Positions 42,931 to 53,650 of a stretch of 64,000 bases of DNA are shown here, piece after piece. Every line of letters begins with the position of its first letter. The first letter of the stretch is position 1. The notes under the pieces are model-generated. The model saw only the letters and a list, made by a program, of their open reading frames with translations, did not search any database and was not told the DNA's origin. A program made the position numbers and the translations under genes. Source of the stretch: Cyanobacteriota bacterium (GTDB taxonomy: Bacteria > Cyanobacteriota > Cyanobacteriia > PCC-6307 > Cyanobiaceae); assembly GCA_046052125.1 (NCBI GenBank), contig JBJOMY010000005.1:64001-128000 (forward strand), given 5' to 3'.

Positions 42931-45644
42931 CAGCTATCGGCGGCGCGGATCACGCGCACGGCACTGGCCCGCAGCCGACCGGTTTTGGTGGTGGCGGGGG
43001 CCTTCTTGGCCGCCGGTTTCTTGGCGGCTGGCTTCTTGGCTGCAGTGGTGCCTGCAGCCTTACGGCCCTTGCTCTTGCCCGCTGCAGCCTTGGCAGCCAG
43101 CAGCTCCACCGCCTGCTCCAGGGTGATCGTGTCGGCGGTGGTGCCCTCCGGCAGCGAGGCGTTCACCTTGCCCTGCTTCACATAGAGGCCGTAGGGGCCA
43201 TCGAACAACTGGATCGCCTCATCCGCACCCTCAGGGGTGCCGAGATCCTTGAGGGCCGTGCGACCGCCGCGGCCGCGCTTGGGCTGGGCGAGCAGCTCGA
43301 CAGCCCGCGACAAACCCACCATCAACACATCGTCTTCGGCCTTGAGGGAGCGGTAGTCCTTCTCGCCCTTGCCCTTGTGGTGCACCACGTAGGGCCCGAA
43401 GCGGCCCAGGCCGGCTTCGATCTTGCCGCCATCGGGGTGTTCGCCCAGGTGACGCGGCAGGCGCAGCAGGCCGAGGGCGTCGTCGAGGGTGAGGTCTTCC
43501 GGCTTGGTGCCCTTGGGCAGGGAGGCGCGCTTCGGCTTGGGGTTGTCATCGCTCACCTGGCCCCGCTGCACGTAGGGCCCGTACTGGCCGAACAGCAGAT
43601 ACACCAGATCACCGGTCTCCGGGTCTTCACCCAGAGATTCAGGCCCATCGGCCTTTTGCTTCAGGATCAGCTCGGCTTTATCGGCATCGAGATCGGCCGG
43701 GGTGATCTCGTTGGGCAAGGTGGCCTTGAGCAGCTCTTCGGTGCCGTCATCCGCCACCCGCTTGGTTTCCAGGTAGGCACCGAAGCGGCCGATGCGAACC
43801 ACACAGGGCAGGCCCTCCAGCTCGATCGTGCGCGAAGCGGTGGGGTCGATGTCGCCCTCGCGCTGCTGCACCTGGGCCTCGAGGCCCTTGTCGCCCTTGT
43901 AGAAGCTCTCCAGGTAGGGCAGCCACTGCACCTGCCCGTGGGAGATCTCATCGAGGGTGTTCTCCATGCGAGCGGTGAAGCTCGTATCCACCAGATCGGG
44001 GAAGTGCTCCTCCAGCAGCGCCGTCACGGCGAAGGCCGTGAAGCTGGGGGTGAGGGCGTTGTTCTGAAGCGTGGCGTAGCCGCGATCCACGATCGTGCCG
44101 ATGATCGAGGCGTAGGTGGAAGGGCGGCCGATGCCCTCCTTCTCCAGCATCTTCACCAGGGCCGCTTCGCTGTAGCGGGCTGGCGGCTGGGTCTGGTGGC
44201 CGAGCGCTTCCACCTCTTTGCAGCTGGGGGTATCGCCGGTTTTGAGCGAGGGCAGCAGCACCTCCTGGCCTTCCAGGGCGGCATCGGGGTCATCGCTGCC
44301 TTCCACGTAAGCGCGGAAGAAGCCGGGGAAGTCGATGCGCTTGCCGGTGGAGCGGAAGGCGGCGGTGCCGAGGCTGCCGCCATCGGCCTCCAGATCCACG
44401 CTGAGCATCGTGAGCTTGGCGTCGGCCATCTGGGAGGCCACGGTGCGCTTCCAGATCAGCTCGTAGAGGGCCAGATCGCGGCCATCCAGCCCCGTAGCAC
44501 CTGGGTCGCGGAAGCTTTCACCAGCGGGGCGAATCGCCTCGTGTGCCTCCTGGGCGTTGCGGGCTTTGGTGGAGAACTGGCGGGCCGAGGGGCTCAGATA
44601 CTCCTTGCCGTATTTGGCGGCCACGCAGCTGCGGGCGGCATTGATGGCCTGATCGCTGAGGTGCACCGAATCGGTGCGCATGTAGGTGATGAAGCCGCGC
44701 TCGTAGAGGCCCTGGGCGGTGCGCATCGTTTCCCGCGCTGAGAGCCGCAGCTTGCGGTTGGCCTCCTGTTGCAAAGTGCTGGTGGTGAAGGGCGCCACCG
44801 GCTTGCGGGTGGTGGGCTTCTCCTCCACGGCTGCCACGCGCCAGGGGGAAGCGAGCACCGCCTCGCGCAGGCTGCGCGCTTCGGCCTCCGCCAGCAGGCG
44901 CACCTTGCTGCCGGCCTTCAAGCCGCCGGTGGCCTCATCGAAATCGGAGCCACCGGCGATGCGCTCGCCCTTGAGGTGCGTGAGCTTGGCCTCAAACGGG
45001 GCGCTGCCCTGCTGCAGCTGAGCCTTGAGATCCCAGTAGCTGCCGCTCTTGAAGGCGCGCCGGGCCCGCTCGCGCTGCACCAGCAAGCGCACCGCCACCG
45101 ACTGCACCCGGCCGGCGCTGAGGCCCCAGGCCACCTTCTTCCACAGCAGCGGCGAGAGGGTGTAACCCACCAGGCGATCCAGGATGCGGCGGGTTTCCTG
45201 GGCGTGGACGAGCTCCATATCGAGCTCGCGGGTCTGCTCGAGGGCGCGTCCGATCGCTTCTTTGGTGATCTCGTGGAACACCATCCGCTTCACCGGCACC
45301 TTCGGATTCAGAAGCTGCAGCAGGTGCCAACTGATCGATTCGCCTTCCCGGTCTTCGTCCGTCGCCAGCAGCAGCTGGTCGGCGCCCTTGAGGGCGTCCT
45401 TAAGTTCCTTCACCACCTTTTTCTTGTCCTTCGGCACCACGTAGAGCGGCTCGAAGTTGTTGGCGGTGTTCACGCCGAGATTGGCCCACTTCTCACCTTT
45501 GTGAGCCGCTGGGATCTCGCTGGCGTTGTTGGGCAGGTCGCGCACGTGCCCCATCGAGGCCTCCACCTTGAAGTCCTTGGGAAGGAACCCGCGGATGGTG
45601 CGGGCCTTCGTGGGGCTCTCAACGATGACGAGGGTGTGCGCCAC
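42930..45644 (-). CDS. topA: DNA topoisomerase I
   Basis: [31 protein letters not shown] and GRFG C-terminal repeats; Lys/Ala-rich tail. Confidence 0.98.
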   Translation of the reverse strand: MAHTLVIVESPTKARTIRGFLPKDFKVEASMGHVRDLPNNASEIPAAHKGEKWANLGVNTANNFEPLYVVPKDKKKVVKELKDALKGADQLLLATDEDREGESISWHLLQLLNPKVPVKRMVFHEITKEAIGRALEQTRELDMELVHAQETRRILDRLVGYTLSPLLWKKVAWGLSAGRVQSVAVRLLVQRERARRAFKSGSYWDLKAQLQQGSAPFEAKLTHLKGERIAGGSDFDEATGGLKAGSKVRLLAEAEARSLREAVLASPWRVAAVEEKPTTRKPVAPFTTSTLQQEANRKLRLSARETMRTAQGLYERGFITYMRTDSVHLSDQAINAARSCVAAKYGKEYLSPSARQFSTKARNAQEAHEAIRPAGESFRDPGATGLDGRDLALYELIWKRTVASQMADAKLTMLSVDLEADGGSLGTAAFRSTGKRIDFPGFFRAYVEGSDDPDAALEGQEVLLPSLKTGDTPSCKEVEALGHQTQPPARYSEAALVKMLEKEGIGRPSTYASIIGTIVDRGYATLQNNALTPSFTAFAVTALLEEHFPDLVDTSFTARMENTLDEISHGQVQWLPYLESFYKGDKGLEAQVQQREGDIDPTASRTIELEGLPCVVRIGRFGAYLETKRVADDGTEELLKATLPNEITPADLDADKAELILKQKADGPESLGEDPETGDLVYLLFGQYGPYVQRGQVSDDNPKPKRASLPKGTKPEDLTLDDALGLLRLPRHLGEHPDGGKIEAGLGRFGPYVVHHKGKGEKDYRSLKAEDDVLMVGLSRAVELLAQPKRGRGGRTALKDLGTPEGADEAIQLFDGPYGLYVKQGKVNASLPEGTTADTITLEQAVELLAAKAAAGKSKGRKAAGTTAAKKPAAKKPAAKKAPATTKTGRLRASAVRVIRAADS

Positions 45645-45763
45645 AGGCAGGCGGTAAACCGCTTCCTTCTTTATCGCACCGGCGGTCAAGCCCCGGCCCA
45701 ACGCCCCAGAACCAGCGGTCAACGCGGCTACAGTCCCCCCCAACGGGCGACCTGGATCCAGCT

Positions 45764-47335
45764 GTGCACTCTCTTCTGGCCGAGGCGGGCTCCGCAGCCG
45801 CACCTGCGGTGAGCGCGATCACGTCTCTGCAGCTCAATGCAGGAGCCGTGGCTCCCGAGGGCGCGGTGCTTCTGGCGATGCTGGCTTGCCTCCTGGTGGA
45901 TCTGGCCGGCGAAAAGGCCGCTTCCCGCTGGGTACCCCTCTTTTCGTACATCGGCCTCGGCAGCGCTCTGGGCCTTCTGGCACTGCAATGGAATGCCACG
46001 CCGCTCGAGCCCTCCTTCCTCGGCTCCTTCCTGGCGGACAACCTGGCGATTGCCTTCCGCGCTGTGGTGGCGGCGTCCACGTTGCTGTCGCTGCTGATCA
46101 GTTGGCGCTACGTGGAGCAGGCCGGCACGCCTGTGGGCGAGTACGCCGCGATCCTGCTGGCCGCCACCCTCGGGGCGATGTTGCTCTGTGGCTCCACCGA
46201 TCTGGTCAGCGTGTTCGTCTCGCTGGAAACGCTCTCGGTGGCGAGCTATCTGCTCTCTGGCTACATGAAGCGCGATGCGCGCAGCTCTGAGGCAGCACTG
46301 AAATACCTCCTAGTGGGCTCGGCCGCAGCGGCCGTCTTCCTCTACGGCGCCTCGCTGCTGTACGGCCTCACGGGCGGCAGCACCAGCCTCGAAGCCGTAG
46401 GCGTAGCTCTACAAACGAGTGCGTCCCCGGTTGCAGCGCTGGCACTGGTGTTTGTGTTGGCCACGGTGGCCTTCAAAATCGCCGCAGTGCCGTTCCACCA
46501 GTGGACTCCCGACGTCTACGAAGGCTCTCCCACTCCGGTGGTGGCCTTCCTCTCCGTGGGTTCCAAGGCTGCAGGCTTTGCCCTTGCCCTGCGCATCCTG
46601 GTGGGCTGCTTCGAGCCCTTCGAGACGCAGTGGAAGCTGCTCTTCACCGTGCTGGCGATCCTGAGCATGGTGCTGGGCAATATCGTAGCCCTGGCCCAGA
46701 CCTCCATGAAGCGGATGCTGGCCTACAGCTCCATCGGCCAGGCCGGCTTCGTGATGATCGGCCTGGTGTGCGGCACCGAAGACGGATACGCCGCAATGGT
46801 GCTCTATATGGCGGCCTATTTGTTCATGAACCTGGGCGCTTTTGCTTGCATCATTCTCTTCTCGCTGCGCACAGGTTCCGATCGCATCAGTGATTACGCC
46901 GGCCTCTATCAAAAAGATCCACTGATCACTCTGGGCTTGAGTCTTTGCCTCCTGTCCTTAGGCGGGATCCCACCAATGCTGGGCTTCTTCGGCAAGATCT
47001 ACCTCTTCTTCGCAGGCTGGGCTGATGGCCAATACCTGCTGGTGGTGGTGGGCCTGCTCACCTCTGTGGTGTCGATCTACTACTACATCTCGGTGATCAA
47101 GATGATGGTGGTGAAAGAACCTCAAGAAGCCTCTGATGTGGTGAAGGCCTATCCCGATGTGAACTGGAGCATTGCTGGTCTCCAGCCGCTCCGCGCTGCC
47201 TTGATCTCCTGCGTGGTGGTGACCGCCGTGGGCGGCATCCTCTCCAACCCGCTGTTTGGTTGGGCGAACGGCGCCGTCGCCGGAACGCCAATGCTTCAGA
47301 AGGCTCTGGCGGCTTCCGGCCTGCCGATCGGTTGA
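45764..47335 (+). CDS. ndhB: NAD(P)H-quinone oxidoreductase subunit 2 (NdhB/NuoN)
   Basis: [34 protein letters not shown] and GIPP..GF.GK motifs. Confidence 0.97.
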   Translation: MHSLLAEAGSAAAPAVSAITSLQLNAGAVAPEGAVLLAMLACLLVDLAGEKAASRWVPLFSYIGLGSALGLLALQWNATPLEPSFLGSFLADNLAIAFRAVVAASTLLSLLISWRYVEQAGTPVGEYAAILLAATLGAMLLCGSTDLVSVFVSLETLSVASYLLSGYMKRDARSSEAALKYLLVGSAAAAVFLYGASLLYGLTGGSTSLEAVGVALQTSASPVAALALVFVLATVAFKIAAVPFHQWTPDVYEGSPTPVVAFLSVGSKAAGFALALRILVGCFEPFETQWKLLFTVLAILSMVLGNIVALAQTSMKRMLAYSSIGQAGFVMIGLVCGTEDGYAAMVLYMAAYLFMNLGAFACIILFSLRTGSDRISDYAGLYQKDPLITLGLSLCLLSLGGIPPMLGFFGKIYLFFAGWADGQYLLVVVGLLTSVVSIYYYISVIKMMVVKEPQEASDVVKAYPDVNWSIAGLQPLRAALISCVVVTAVGGILSNPLFGWANGAVAGTPMLQKALAASGLPIG

Positions 47336-48045
47336 TGGGCAACGCAACCGCCCCGTTGGTGGCGGAGCTGGATCACATCCGCAAGGTGTACGGCAGTGGC
47401 GACACCTCCGTCACCGCCCTCGACGACCTCTGCCTGAACGTGCGGCGCGGTGAGTACCTGGCGGTGATGGGCACCTCCGGCTCCGGAAAGAGCACGGCGA
47501 TGAACATCCTCGGCTGCTTGGACCGGCCGAGCAGCGGCAGTTACCGCCTCAATGGCACGCCTGTGGAGCGGCTGAGCGACGACCAACTCGCCGACCTGCG
47601 CAACCGCGAACTTGGCTTTGTCTTTCAGCAGTTCCATCTGTTGCAGGAGCTCACAGCTCTCGACAACGTGATGCTGCCGATGGTGTACGCCGGCGTGCCA
47701 GCCGAGCAGCGCAAGGAACTGGGCATCGCCGCCCTACAGCGGGTGGGCCTAGGAGAACGGCTGCACAACAAACCCAACCAACTCTCCGGCGGCCAACAGC
47801 AACGCGTAGCGGTGGCCCGGGCAATCATCAACAACCCCAATCTGCTGCTGGCGGATGAACCCACCGGCGCGTTGGATTCACGCACCACCAAGGAGGTGCT
47901 GGATCTCTTCGATGAACTGCACCGCGAGCAGGGCATGACGATCCTGCTGGTGACCCATGAGCACGATGTGGCAGCCCGGGCCGAGCGGATCGTGCACTTC
48001 CACGATGGCCGGCTGGTGAACAGCGGCGCCGGATCGCAGGGTTAG
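47335..48045 (+). CDS. ABC transporter ATP-binding protein (LolD/MacB/DevA-like)
   Basis: GTSGSGKST, GFVFQQFHL, LSGGQQQR and ADEPTGALD motifs. Confidence 0.94.
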   Translation: MGNATAPLVAELDHIRKVYGSGDTSVTALDDLCLNVRRGEYLAVMGTSGSGKSTAMNILGCLDRPSSGSYRLNGTPVERLSDDQLADLRNRELGFVFQQFHLLQELTALDNVMLPMVYAGVPAEQRKELGIAALQRVGLGERLHNKPNQLSGGQQQRVAVARAIINNPNLLLADEPTGALDSRTTKEVLDLFDELHREQGMTILLVTHEHDVAARAERIVHFHDGRLVNSGAGSQG

Positions 48046-49109
48046 GCCTTCACCGCCGGACGCTCGAGGCTGAGCAGCAACTGGCCCATCAGCAGTGCGA
48101 TCGCATCGCTCCCCTGCAAGCCCTGGCCGGGATCGAAATCACCCGGATCAATCGCCACCCAGCCACCCGCCGCCGGCTGGCGCAACTCGAAATGCAGATG
48201 GGGGCCCGTGCTCAAGCCCGTGCTGCCCACCCGGCCAATCACCTCACCTTGGCGCACCACATCGCCGGCTTTCACATACAGCTCTGAGAGGTGGCCGTAG
48301 AGGCTGCGGCGCAAGGGGCGCTGGTGCTCCACCTCCACCGCCAGGCCGTAGCCGCCCGCCAAGCCACTGCTCACAACGCGCCCACTCAAGGCCGCCACCA
48401 CCGGCGTGCCTTCCGGCGCCGCCAAGTCTTCGCCGGCATGCAATCGCCAGGCCCCCAGCAGCGGATGCAAGCGCCAGCCGAAACCACTGGTGTTCACAGC
48501 GCTGCCAATGATTGGGAGCAGCAAGCTGCGGTTGCCGTTGCCCAGCACCGGTGCCGGCCGTGGCGTGACCCGGAACACGCTGGCGAGATTGAAGCTGCCA
48601 CCGTTGCCTGCCAACAACGCCGACACCGGCACGGTGAGCGGCGGCAGCGGCAGGCCATCAGCACCCACGCGGCCGCCCCAGGCGGTGTTGCCGTTGCCAT
48701 CGTTGCGGCGACCCCAGCGCAGGGCAATGCCACCGCGGCATTCCCTCGCGGAGAGGGCCCCACCGCGGCAAGCCTGCTGGAAGGCCCCCACATCCAGGGG
48801 CGCCATCCCAGCGCCTGCGCCCCGCACAAGATTGCGCTCGTTAGGCGTCACCACGCCCTGGCGCACCAGCTCATCGAGGGATTGATCGAAGCGCTTGGGG
48901 GTCGTGGCCGCACTCCGCAAGCGCGCCGGATCAGGGCGGAGCGGCAGCGCCGACCTTCCTGGTGGAGGCAACAACGGAGCCACCGGTGCCGCTGTTGCCT
49001 CAGGCTGCGAGGCCTCCAACTGGGCCCAGGCCCAGCCACCGCCGAAGAGCGCCGGCAGGGCAACCAACAGGCTCAGGGGTTGGAGGCGGGGCAACGCAGA
49101 GCGATTCAA
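48042..49109 (-). CDS. M23 family metallopeptidase
   Basis: HAGED, YGHL and STGPHLHFE motifs; N-terminal signal sequence. Confidence 0.92.
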   Translation of the reverse strand: MNRSALPRLQPLSLLVALPALFGGGWAWAQLEASQPEATAAPVAPLLPPPGRSALPLRPDPARLRSAATTPKRFDQSLDELVRQGVVTPNERNLVRGAGAGMAPLDVGAFQQACRGGALSARECRGGIALRWGRRNDGNGNTAWGGRVGADGLPLPPLTVPVSALLAGNGGSFNLASVFRVTPRPAPVLGNGNRSLLLPIIGSAVNTSGFGWRLHPLLGAWRLHAGEDLAAPEGTPVVAALSGRVVSSGLAGGYGLAVEVEHQRPLRRSLYGHLSELYVKAGDVVRQGEVIGRVGSTGLSTGPHLHFELRQPAAGGWVAIDPGDFDPGQGLQGSDAIALLMGQLLLSLERPAVKA

Positions 49110-49208
49110 ATCGGCTCAAACTCTAGAAACGCCTCTGCAGCACAGCCAGCCTCGATCCGAGGCAGAGCCCAGGCGGCTGCCTGTTGCCAGCCACGCGATG
49201 ATCAGAGC

Positions 49209-49538
49209 ATGACCATCACGCCTTCACCATTGGTGACCCAGGAGGCTCTCCAGGCTTTCACCAACAGGCTTGTGCAGCACTATTCACCAAACAAGGTGAT
49301 TCTGTTTGGCTCGATGGCCCGCGGCGAAGCTCGGTGGGATTCCGATGCGGATCTGATGGTCGTGATGCCGTTTGAAGGGCGACATATCAGCAAGATCAAA
49401 GAGATCCGCAAGCGTTGTCGAGCAGGATTCCCCCTGGATCTGCTGCTATGGCGACCGGAAGAGGCAGCCGAGCGCTACCGGCAAGGTGACCCATTCCTAC
49501 TGGAGGCATTCGATCAAGGCAAAATCCTGCATGGCTGA
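49209..49538 (+). CDS. Minimal nucleotidyltransferase (MNT) antitoxin
   Basis: ILFGSMARGEARWDSDADL fits GS-x10-DxD; 109 aa from ATG 49209; overlaps the HEPN gene by 8 nt. Confidence 0.92.
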   Translation: MTITPSPLVTQEALQAFTNRLVQHYSPNKVILFGSMARGEARWDSDADLMVVMPFEGRHISKIKEIRKRCRAGFPLDLLLWRPEEAAERYRQGDPFLLEAFDQGKILHG

Positions 49539-49926
49539 ACCATCCGCTCTGGCAAGGCAATGGGTGCAGAAAGCAGAGGAAGACTGGGAAGCAGCGCAGC
49601 TGCTACTCGGTCACCCAACGCAGGCGGCCTCGACATGTTTCCACTGTCAACAATGCGCCGAAAAACTCCTGAAGGCTGCGCTCATAGAAACAGGCTACAA
49701 AGTCCCCAAGGTTCATGATTTAAGCCTTCTATCCTCACTTCTGAGCAATCAAGATCCCCAGTGGGTGTGGGACAGCGATGTTCTGGAAGATTTAACGTCA
49801 GGGGCCGTAGCCAGTCGCTATCCGGGTTATGCCATCAACAGCGAGGATGCTGCCGAGGCGGTTGTTCAAGCAGCAGCACTTAGACAGGCCTTGTTGAAAC
49901 GATTAGGAATCCTCACGACCCCCTGA
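49531..49926 (+). CDS. HEPN domain protein (putative toxin)
   Basis: W..KAEED, FHCQQCAEKLLKA, PKVHDL and RYP are typical of MNT-associated HEPN proteins. Confidence 0.92.
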   Translation: MAEPSALARQWVQKAEEDWEAAQLLLGHPTQAASTCFHCQQCAEKLLKAALIETGYKVPKVHDLSLLSSLLSNQDPQWVWDSDVLEDLTSGAVASRYPGYAINSEDAAEAVVQAAALRQALLKRLGILTTP

Positions 49927-49940
49927 GAGCCACTGAAGCC

Positions 49941-50714
49941 TTAGCACTCAAAACGCCGTCTCATCACGCTCACGACTGAACCGCGCCCGAGGCGCAACCC
50001 TCCATCAATCGTCAAGCCCGTCACGCTCCAGCGCTCGCCCGCATGCTCAAACCACTCAGGGCGCCAAAGCCGCTTCTCTGCCTGCCGGCGTACCAATTCG
50101 GATTGCTGAGCTGCAGCAGCGGTCCACTCCAGCCCCCGCAAGAGCCGCGCTGCCAAGCGTTCCGGCTGAGCCTGGAGATGAAGCGAATTCCCCCGAAGCT
50201 CAGAAAGAGCTTGTTTGAGACTGATGGCCCCATCCGGCACTCTGTTCACGCCGTTAATGCCGACCCCGAGCTGGGCATAGCGCACCTGAGCACCGCGCCA
50301 GCGAAGACGCGGCAAAATGCCAGCCAGCTTGCGGCCATCGATCAACAGATCATTGGGCCACTTGATCTGGGGCTGCAGCCCTAGATCCTCAAGCTGCAAG
50401 GCAATGCCAACCGCTGCGGCCAGGGCCAGGGCAGCAGCCCCCTCCGGCTCGGCAGGCCAGGGCAGTGCCGCGCTCAGCCACACCCCACCCGGTGGCGACT
50501 GCCACAGCCTCCCCTGCTGGCCATGGCCATGGCGCTGCTGAGCAGCCAACACCGCCACTGGGGGCATGTCACCAGAGCGCAGCCTGCGCTCCAGCTCCAG
50601 CTCCGTGCTGGCGCACACCGGCAAGACGTTCAACCGCCAAGGCAGGGGCTGATCGCCAGGCAACCGGCGCAGGGTTGCAGCAATCCGCGCTGGCTTCAGA
50701 GCGCGCTCAACCAC
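49941..50714 (-). CDS. birA: Biotin--[acetyl-CoA-carboxylase] ligase
   Basis: CAST, Q..GHGQQGR.W.SP, IKWPNDL, KLAGIL and GVGIN motifs. Confidence 0.92.
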   Translation of the reverse strand: MVERALKPARIAATLRRLPGDQPLPWRLNVLPVCASTELELERRLRSGDMPPVAVLAAQQRHGHGQQGRLWQSPPGGVWLSAALPWPAEPEGAAALALAAAVGIALQLEDLGLQPQIKWPNDLLIDGRKLAGILPRLRWRGAQVRYAQLGVGINGVNRVPDGAISLKQALSELRGNSLHLQAQPERLAARLLRGLEWTAAAAQQSELVRRQAEKRLWRPEWFEHAGERWSVTGLTIDGGLRLGRGSVVSVMRRRFEC

Positions 50715-51889
50715 GCCGCCATCCGCTGGGCACCAGCCTCCAGCTGCTCGATCGGATGCACCAGGGCCAGCCGCGCATAACCCTCACCCGCCGATCCAAA
50801 GCCATTGCCTGGGGTGAGGCAGACCCCGGTGGCTTCCAGCAGGCGGGCACAGAAGCTCTCTGAATCCAGACCGGCAGCACGGGCCCGCTCAGGCAGCTCC
50901 AGCCACAGATACAGCGCCATCGAGGGAATCCGTACCGGCCAACCGGCTGCCTGAAGCACCTGGGCCATCCGATCGCGCCGCTCCCGGTAGATCGGCTTGA
51001 TCCGCTCCGGCCAATCGGGCGCCTGCTCCAGGGCAGCGATCGCTCCAGCCTGCAGCGCCGTGGACTGGTTGAAATCCACCACTCCCTTGAGCTGCCGCAG
51101 CGCCGTGATTAGGGGCTCGGCACCGATGGCAAAGGCCAGGCGATACCCCCCCAAACACCAGCCCTTGGAGAAGGAGAACAATTCGATGCCGCACTGCCGC
51201 CACAGCGGTGAACGCAGCAGGGCCGGCGCGTCTCCATCGAGGGCCAGGTCCACATAGGGGTTGTCGTGGGCAAACACAATGCCGTGGCGCACGGCCCGCT
51301 CCGCGGCCGCATCCACCCAGGCCTGCTCACCGGTGGTGGCCGTGGGGTTATGGGGGAAACCCAGCACCATCAGCTTCAAGGCATCCCATTGATTGGCGCT
51401 GAGCTGATCGAAATCGGGCGCAAAACCGGCCGCGGGATCCAGTTTCAGAAACTGCGGCTGGGCAGAGGCGAGGCGCAGCCCCCCCAGGTGCGAGGGGTAA
51501 AAGGGATCGAGCAACAGCGCCTGATCGCCGGGGTTCAACACCGCCAGAGGCAGATGAGCCGTGCCCTCCTGCGATCCCACCAGGAACAACACCTCCCTCT
51601 CGGGATCAACGGCGACACCAAAGCGACGCTGCGCCCAAGCCGCCACAGCCTCCCGGAACGGCTGGGTGGCGCCATGCAGGCAGTAGGCAGCGCTTTCTGG
51701 GCGCCCCAACTGTTCACGCATCGCTGCAATCGCCTGCTCCGGCGGGAGCAGATCGGTGGATCCGAGCGAGAGATCGAGCAGCGGTGGCAAACCAAGGCCC
51801 GCCGCAGAGGCGCGATACGACTGTTTGCGTTGGTCGTTGCGGGCGAAAACGCCGCTGCCTAAACGCTGAACGCGCTCAGAGATGCGCAT
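50696..51889 (-). CDS. PLP-dependent aminotransferase, class I/II
   Basis: GSQEG, PHNPT, DNPY, SFSK and GYRL motifs. Confidence 0.93.
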   Translation of the reverse strand: MRISERVQRLGSGVFARNDQRKQSYRASAAGLGLPPLLDLSLGSTDLLPPEQAIAAMREQLGRPESAAYCLHGATQPFREAVAAWAQRRFGVAVDPEREVLFLVGSQEGTAHLPLAVLNPGDQALLLDPFYPSHLGGLRLASAQPQFLKLDPAAGFAPDFDQLSANQWDALKLMVLGFPHNPTATTGEQAWVDAAAERAVRHGIVFAHDNPYVDLALDGDAPALLRSPLWRQCGIELFSFSKGWCLGGYRLAFAIGAEPLITALRQLKGVVDFNQSTALQAGAIAALEQAPDWPERIKPIYRERRDRMAQVLQAAGWPVRIPSMALYLWLELPERARAAGLDSESFCARLLEATGVCLTPGNGFGSAGEGYARLALVHPIEQLEAGAQRMAAWLSAL

Positions 51890-52196
51890 CCAGGAAGGCC
51901 TTGAGTTGGGGCTGGGCCATGGCTCCTTCGTGGCGGGCCACCTCCTCGCCGTTCTTGAAGATCAGAAGGGTGGGCAGGCCCTGGATCCCCATCTGATCGC
52001 GAGCCGTTGGGTTGGGGTCGGCTTCAAGCTTGCCCACCGCAAGCCGACCGGCGTACTCACCGGCAGCCCACTCCATCATTGGCGCCATCAGGCGGCAGGG
52101 GCCGCACCACTCGGCCCACACATCCACCAGCACCGGCGTGGTGGCATCCAGCACCTCGGCCTGGAAGTTGGCATCGGTGAGGTGCAGAACAGACAC
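51876..52196 (-). CDS. Thioredoxin
   Basis: WCGPC active site; GLPT. Confidence 0.95.
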   Translation of the reverse strand: MSVLHLTDANFQAEVLDATTPVLVDVWAEWCGPCRLMAPMMEWAAGEYAGRLAVGKLEADPNPTARDQMGIQGLPTLLIFKNGEEVARHEGAMAQPQLKAFLDAHL

Positions 52197-52228
52197 GGCG
52201 GCGGGCTTGGCTGCGGCGATTGTATGGA

Positions 52229-52996
52229 TCAGAGCTTGTCGATCGAGCGCTTCAGCTCTTCCAGCTCGGCATCCACCTCCTCAACCTTCACGGGCTGAAC
52301 CGCCTCACCGGCCGCCGGCAACGCGGCTGAGGGAGCAGTACCAGCCAGCTTGCCTTTGAGCGCCGCCAGCTCGTCATCTACCTCCGGAGCACCCTCGAGG
52401 GCTGCGAACTGGCTCTCCAGATCGGCGCCCGCCAGCTCGGCTGCTGCCTGACTGCGGGCCTCAAGGGTCTGCACCTTCTCTTCCATGCGCTCAAAGGCCG
52501 CCATGGAGCTGTTGGTGCCGAGGTTGCCCACGGCGCTCTGCAGCTGCTCTTGAGCCTGAGCCGCCTGGGCCCGGGCCTTGAGCATGTCTTTTTTGGTTTT
52601 GGCCTCGGCGATCTTGCTCTCGAGCTTCACCAGGCTCTGCTTGAGCTGCTCCACCTGACCCGCCTGGCTCTGCAGTTGGGTGTTCAGCGCAGTGGCTGTG
52701 TCTTGGCAGGTCTTGCGGCGACCGAGGGCCTCCCGCGCCAAATCCTCCTCACCCTTCTTGAGGGCCAGCTCCGCCCGCTCATACCAGGTGTTGGCCTGGG
52801 CTTCGGCCTGCTCGGCCTGATTCTGAATCCGCTTCTGGCTGGCGATTGCCGTGGCCACGGCCTGGCGCAGCTTCACCAGATCCGCCTGCATATCAGCAAC
52901 GGACTGATCGAGGATCTTGGCCGGATCCTCCATGGCTCCCACCACGGCATTGGCGTTGGCACGCACCAGACGGCTCAGACGATCGAAAAAGCCCAT
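52229..52996 (-). CDS. PspA/Vipp1 (IM30) family protein
   Basis: MGFFDRLSR, EDP.K.L, long coiled coil, AFERMEEKV and a Vipp1-like C-terminal extension. Confidence 0.94.
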   Translation of the reverse strand: MGFFDRLSRLVRANANAVVGAMEDPAKILDQSVADMQADLVKLRQAVATAIASQKRIQNQAEQAEAQANTWYERAELALKKGEEDLAREALGRRKTCQDTATALNTQLQSQAGQVEQLKQSLVKLESKIAEAKTKKDMLKARAQAAQAQEQLQSAVGNLGTNSSMAAFERMEEKVQTLEARSQAAAELAGADLESQFAALEGAPEVDDELAALKGKLAGTAPSAALPAAGEAVQPVKVEEVDAELEELKRSIDKL

Positions 52997-53083
52997 GGCG
53001 TAGGGAGGGGGCAGGCGCCGAGGCTAACCAGAGTGCGCGGCAACAGCACAGCGTGATTGCCGCATCTCCCGTAGCGTTGGGCG

Positions 53084-53650
53084 ATGCCAGCCGCCCCGCG
53101 CAATCAAACCCGGCGCCAGGGTGCGGTGAACCTGCTGGTGCCGCCGCCACGGCCGCCCGCCACGGGACTGCAAACCTGCCTGAATCAGCTGCAGGAGCAC
53201 TGGCGGCGCGAGGAAAACCTGGCGGCCCTCTGGCAGGCCTGGCCCCGGATTGCCGGGCCACAACTGGCTCCCCACTGCCGCCCATTGCGCTTCCAGGGCG
53301 GACGACTCGTGGTGGGCGCCAGCCATCCGCAATGGCTCCAGGCATTGCGTTTCAACAAACACATGCTGCTGGGAGCGTTGCGGGGGGCCGGGTTTTCGGT
53401 GAAAGATCTCGTGCTGCAGCAGCACCAACCCACGGCTTTGCCTCCCTTCGGCAGCGAGGAAGAGGCCCAGGTGTGGGCGCAGCATCCCAGCCGCGTCGAT
53501 GTCTTCGGCATGGCGAGCTGTCCCCACTGCCAGCGACCCGCGCCCAATGGCGAACTGCAGCGCTGGGGGCACTGCAGCTTCTGCCAGCGCGAGCGCATGG
53601 ACAACGGCGTGGCGATGGGCTCTCCCAGCGCAGCCGCCGCCGATCAATAA
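53084..53650 (+). CDS. DUF721/DciA family protein with a Zn ribbon
   Basis: W..I.G...A.HCRP and W.Q.L motifs; CPHC...WGHCSFC. Confidence 0.85.
   Translation: MPAAPRNQTRRQGAVNLLVPPPRPPATGLQTCLNQLQEHWRREENLAALWQAWPRIAGPQLAPHCRPLRFQGGRLVVGASHPQWLQALRFNKHMLLGALRGAGFSVKDLVLQQHQPTALPPFGSEEEAQVWAQHPSRVDVFGMASCPHCQRPAPNGELQRWGHCSFCQRERMDNGVAMGSPSAAAADQ

Noticed and set aside
39526..45812. Long antisense ORFs (e.g. 39526-40791, 40530-41984, 43377-44741; also 4952-6028 and 62506-63843)
   Set aside because: These are shadow ORFs opposite well-supported genes, as expected in high-GC DNA.
48291..49208. Apparent 415-aa N-terminally extended MNT
   Set aside because: The extension is antisense to the M23 gene. 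The MNT domain begins at ATG 49209.
49941..49949. TTAGCACTC, a CIRCE half-site
   Set aside because: The second arm is absent, and the sequence is just the reverse complement of the last birA codons.
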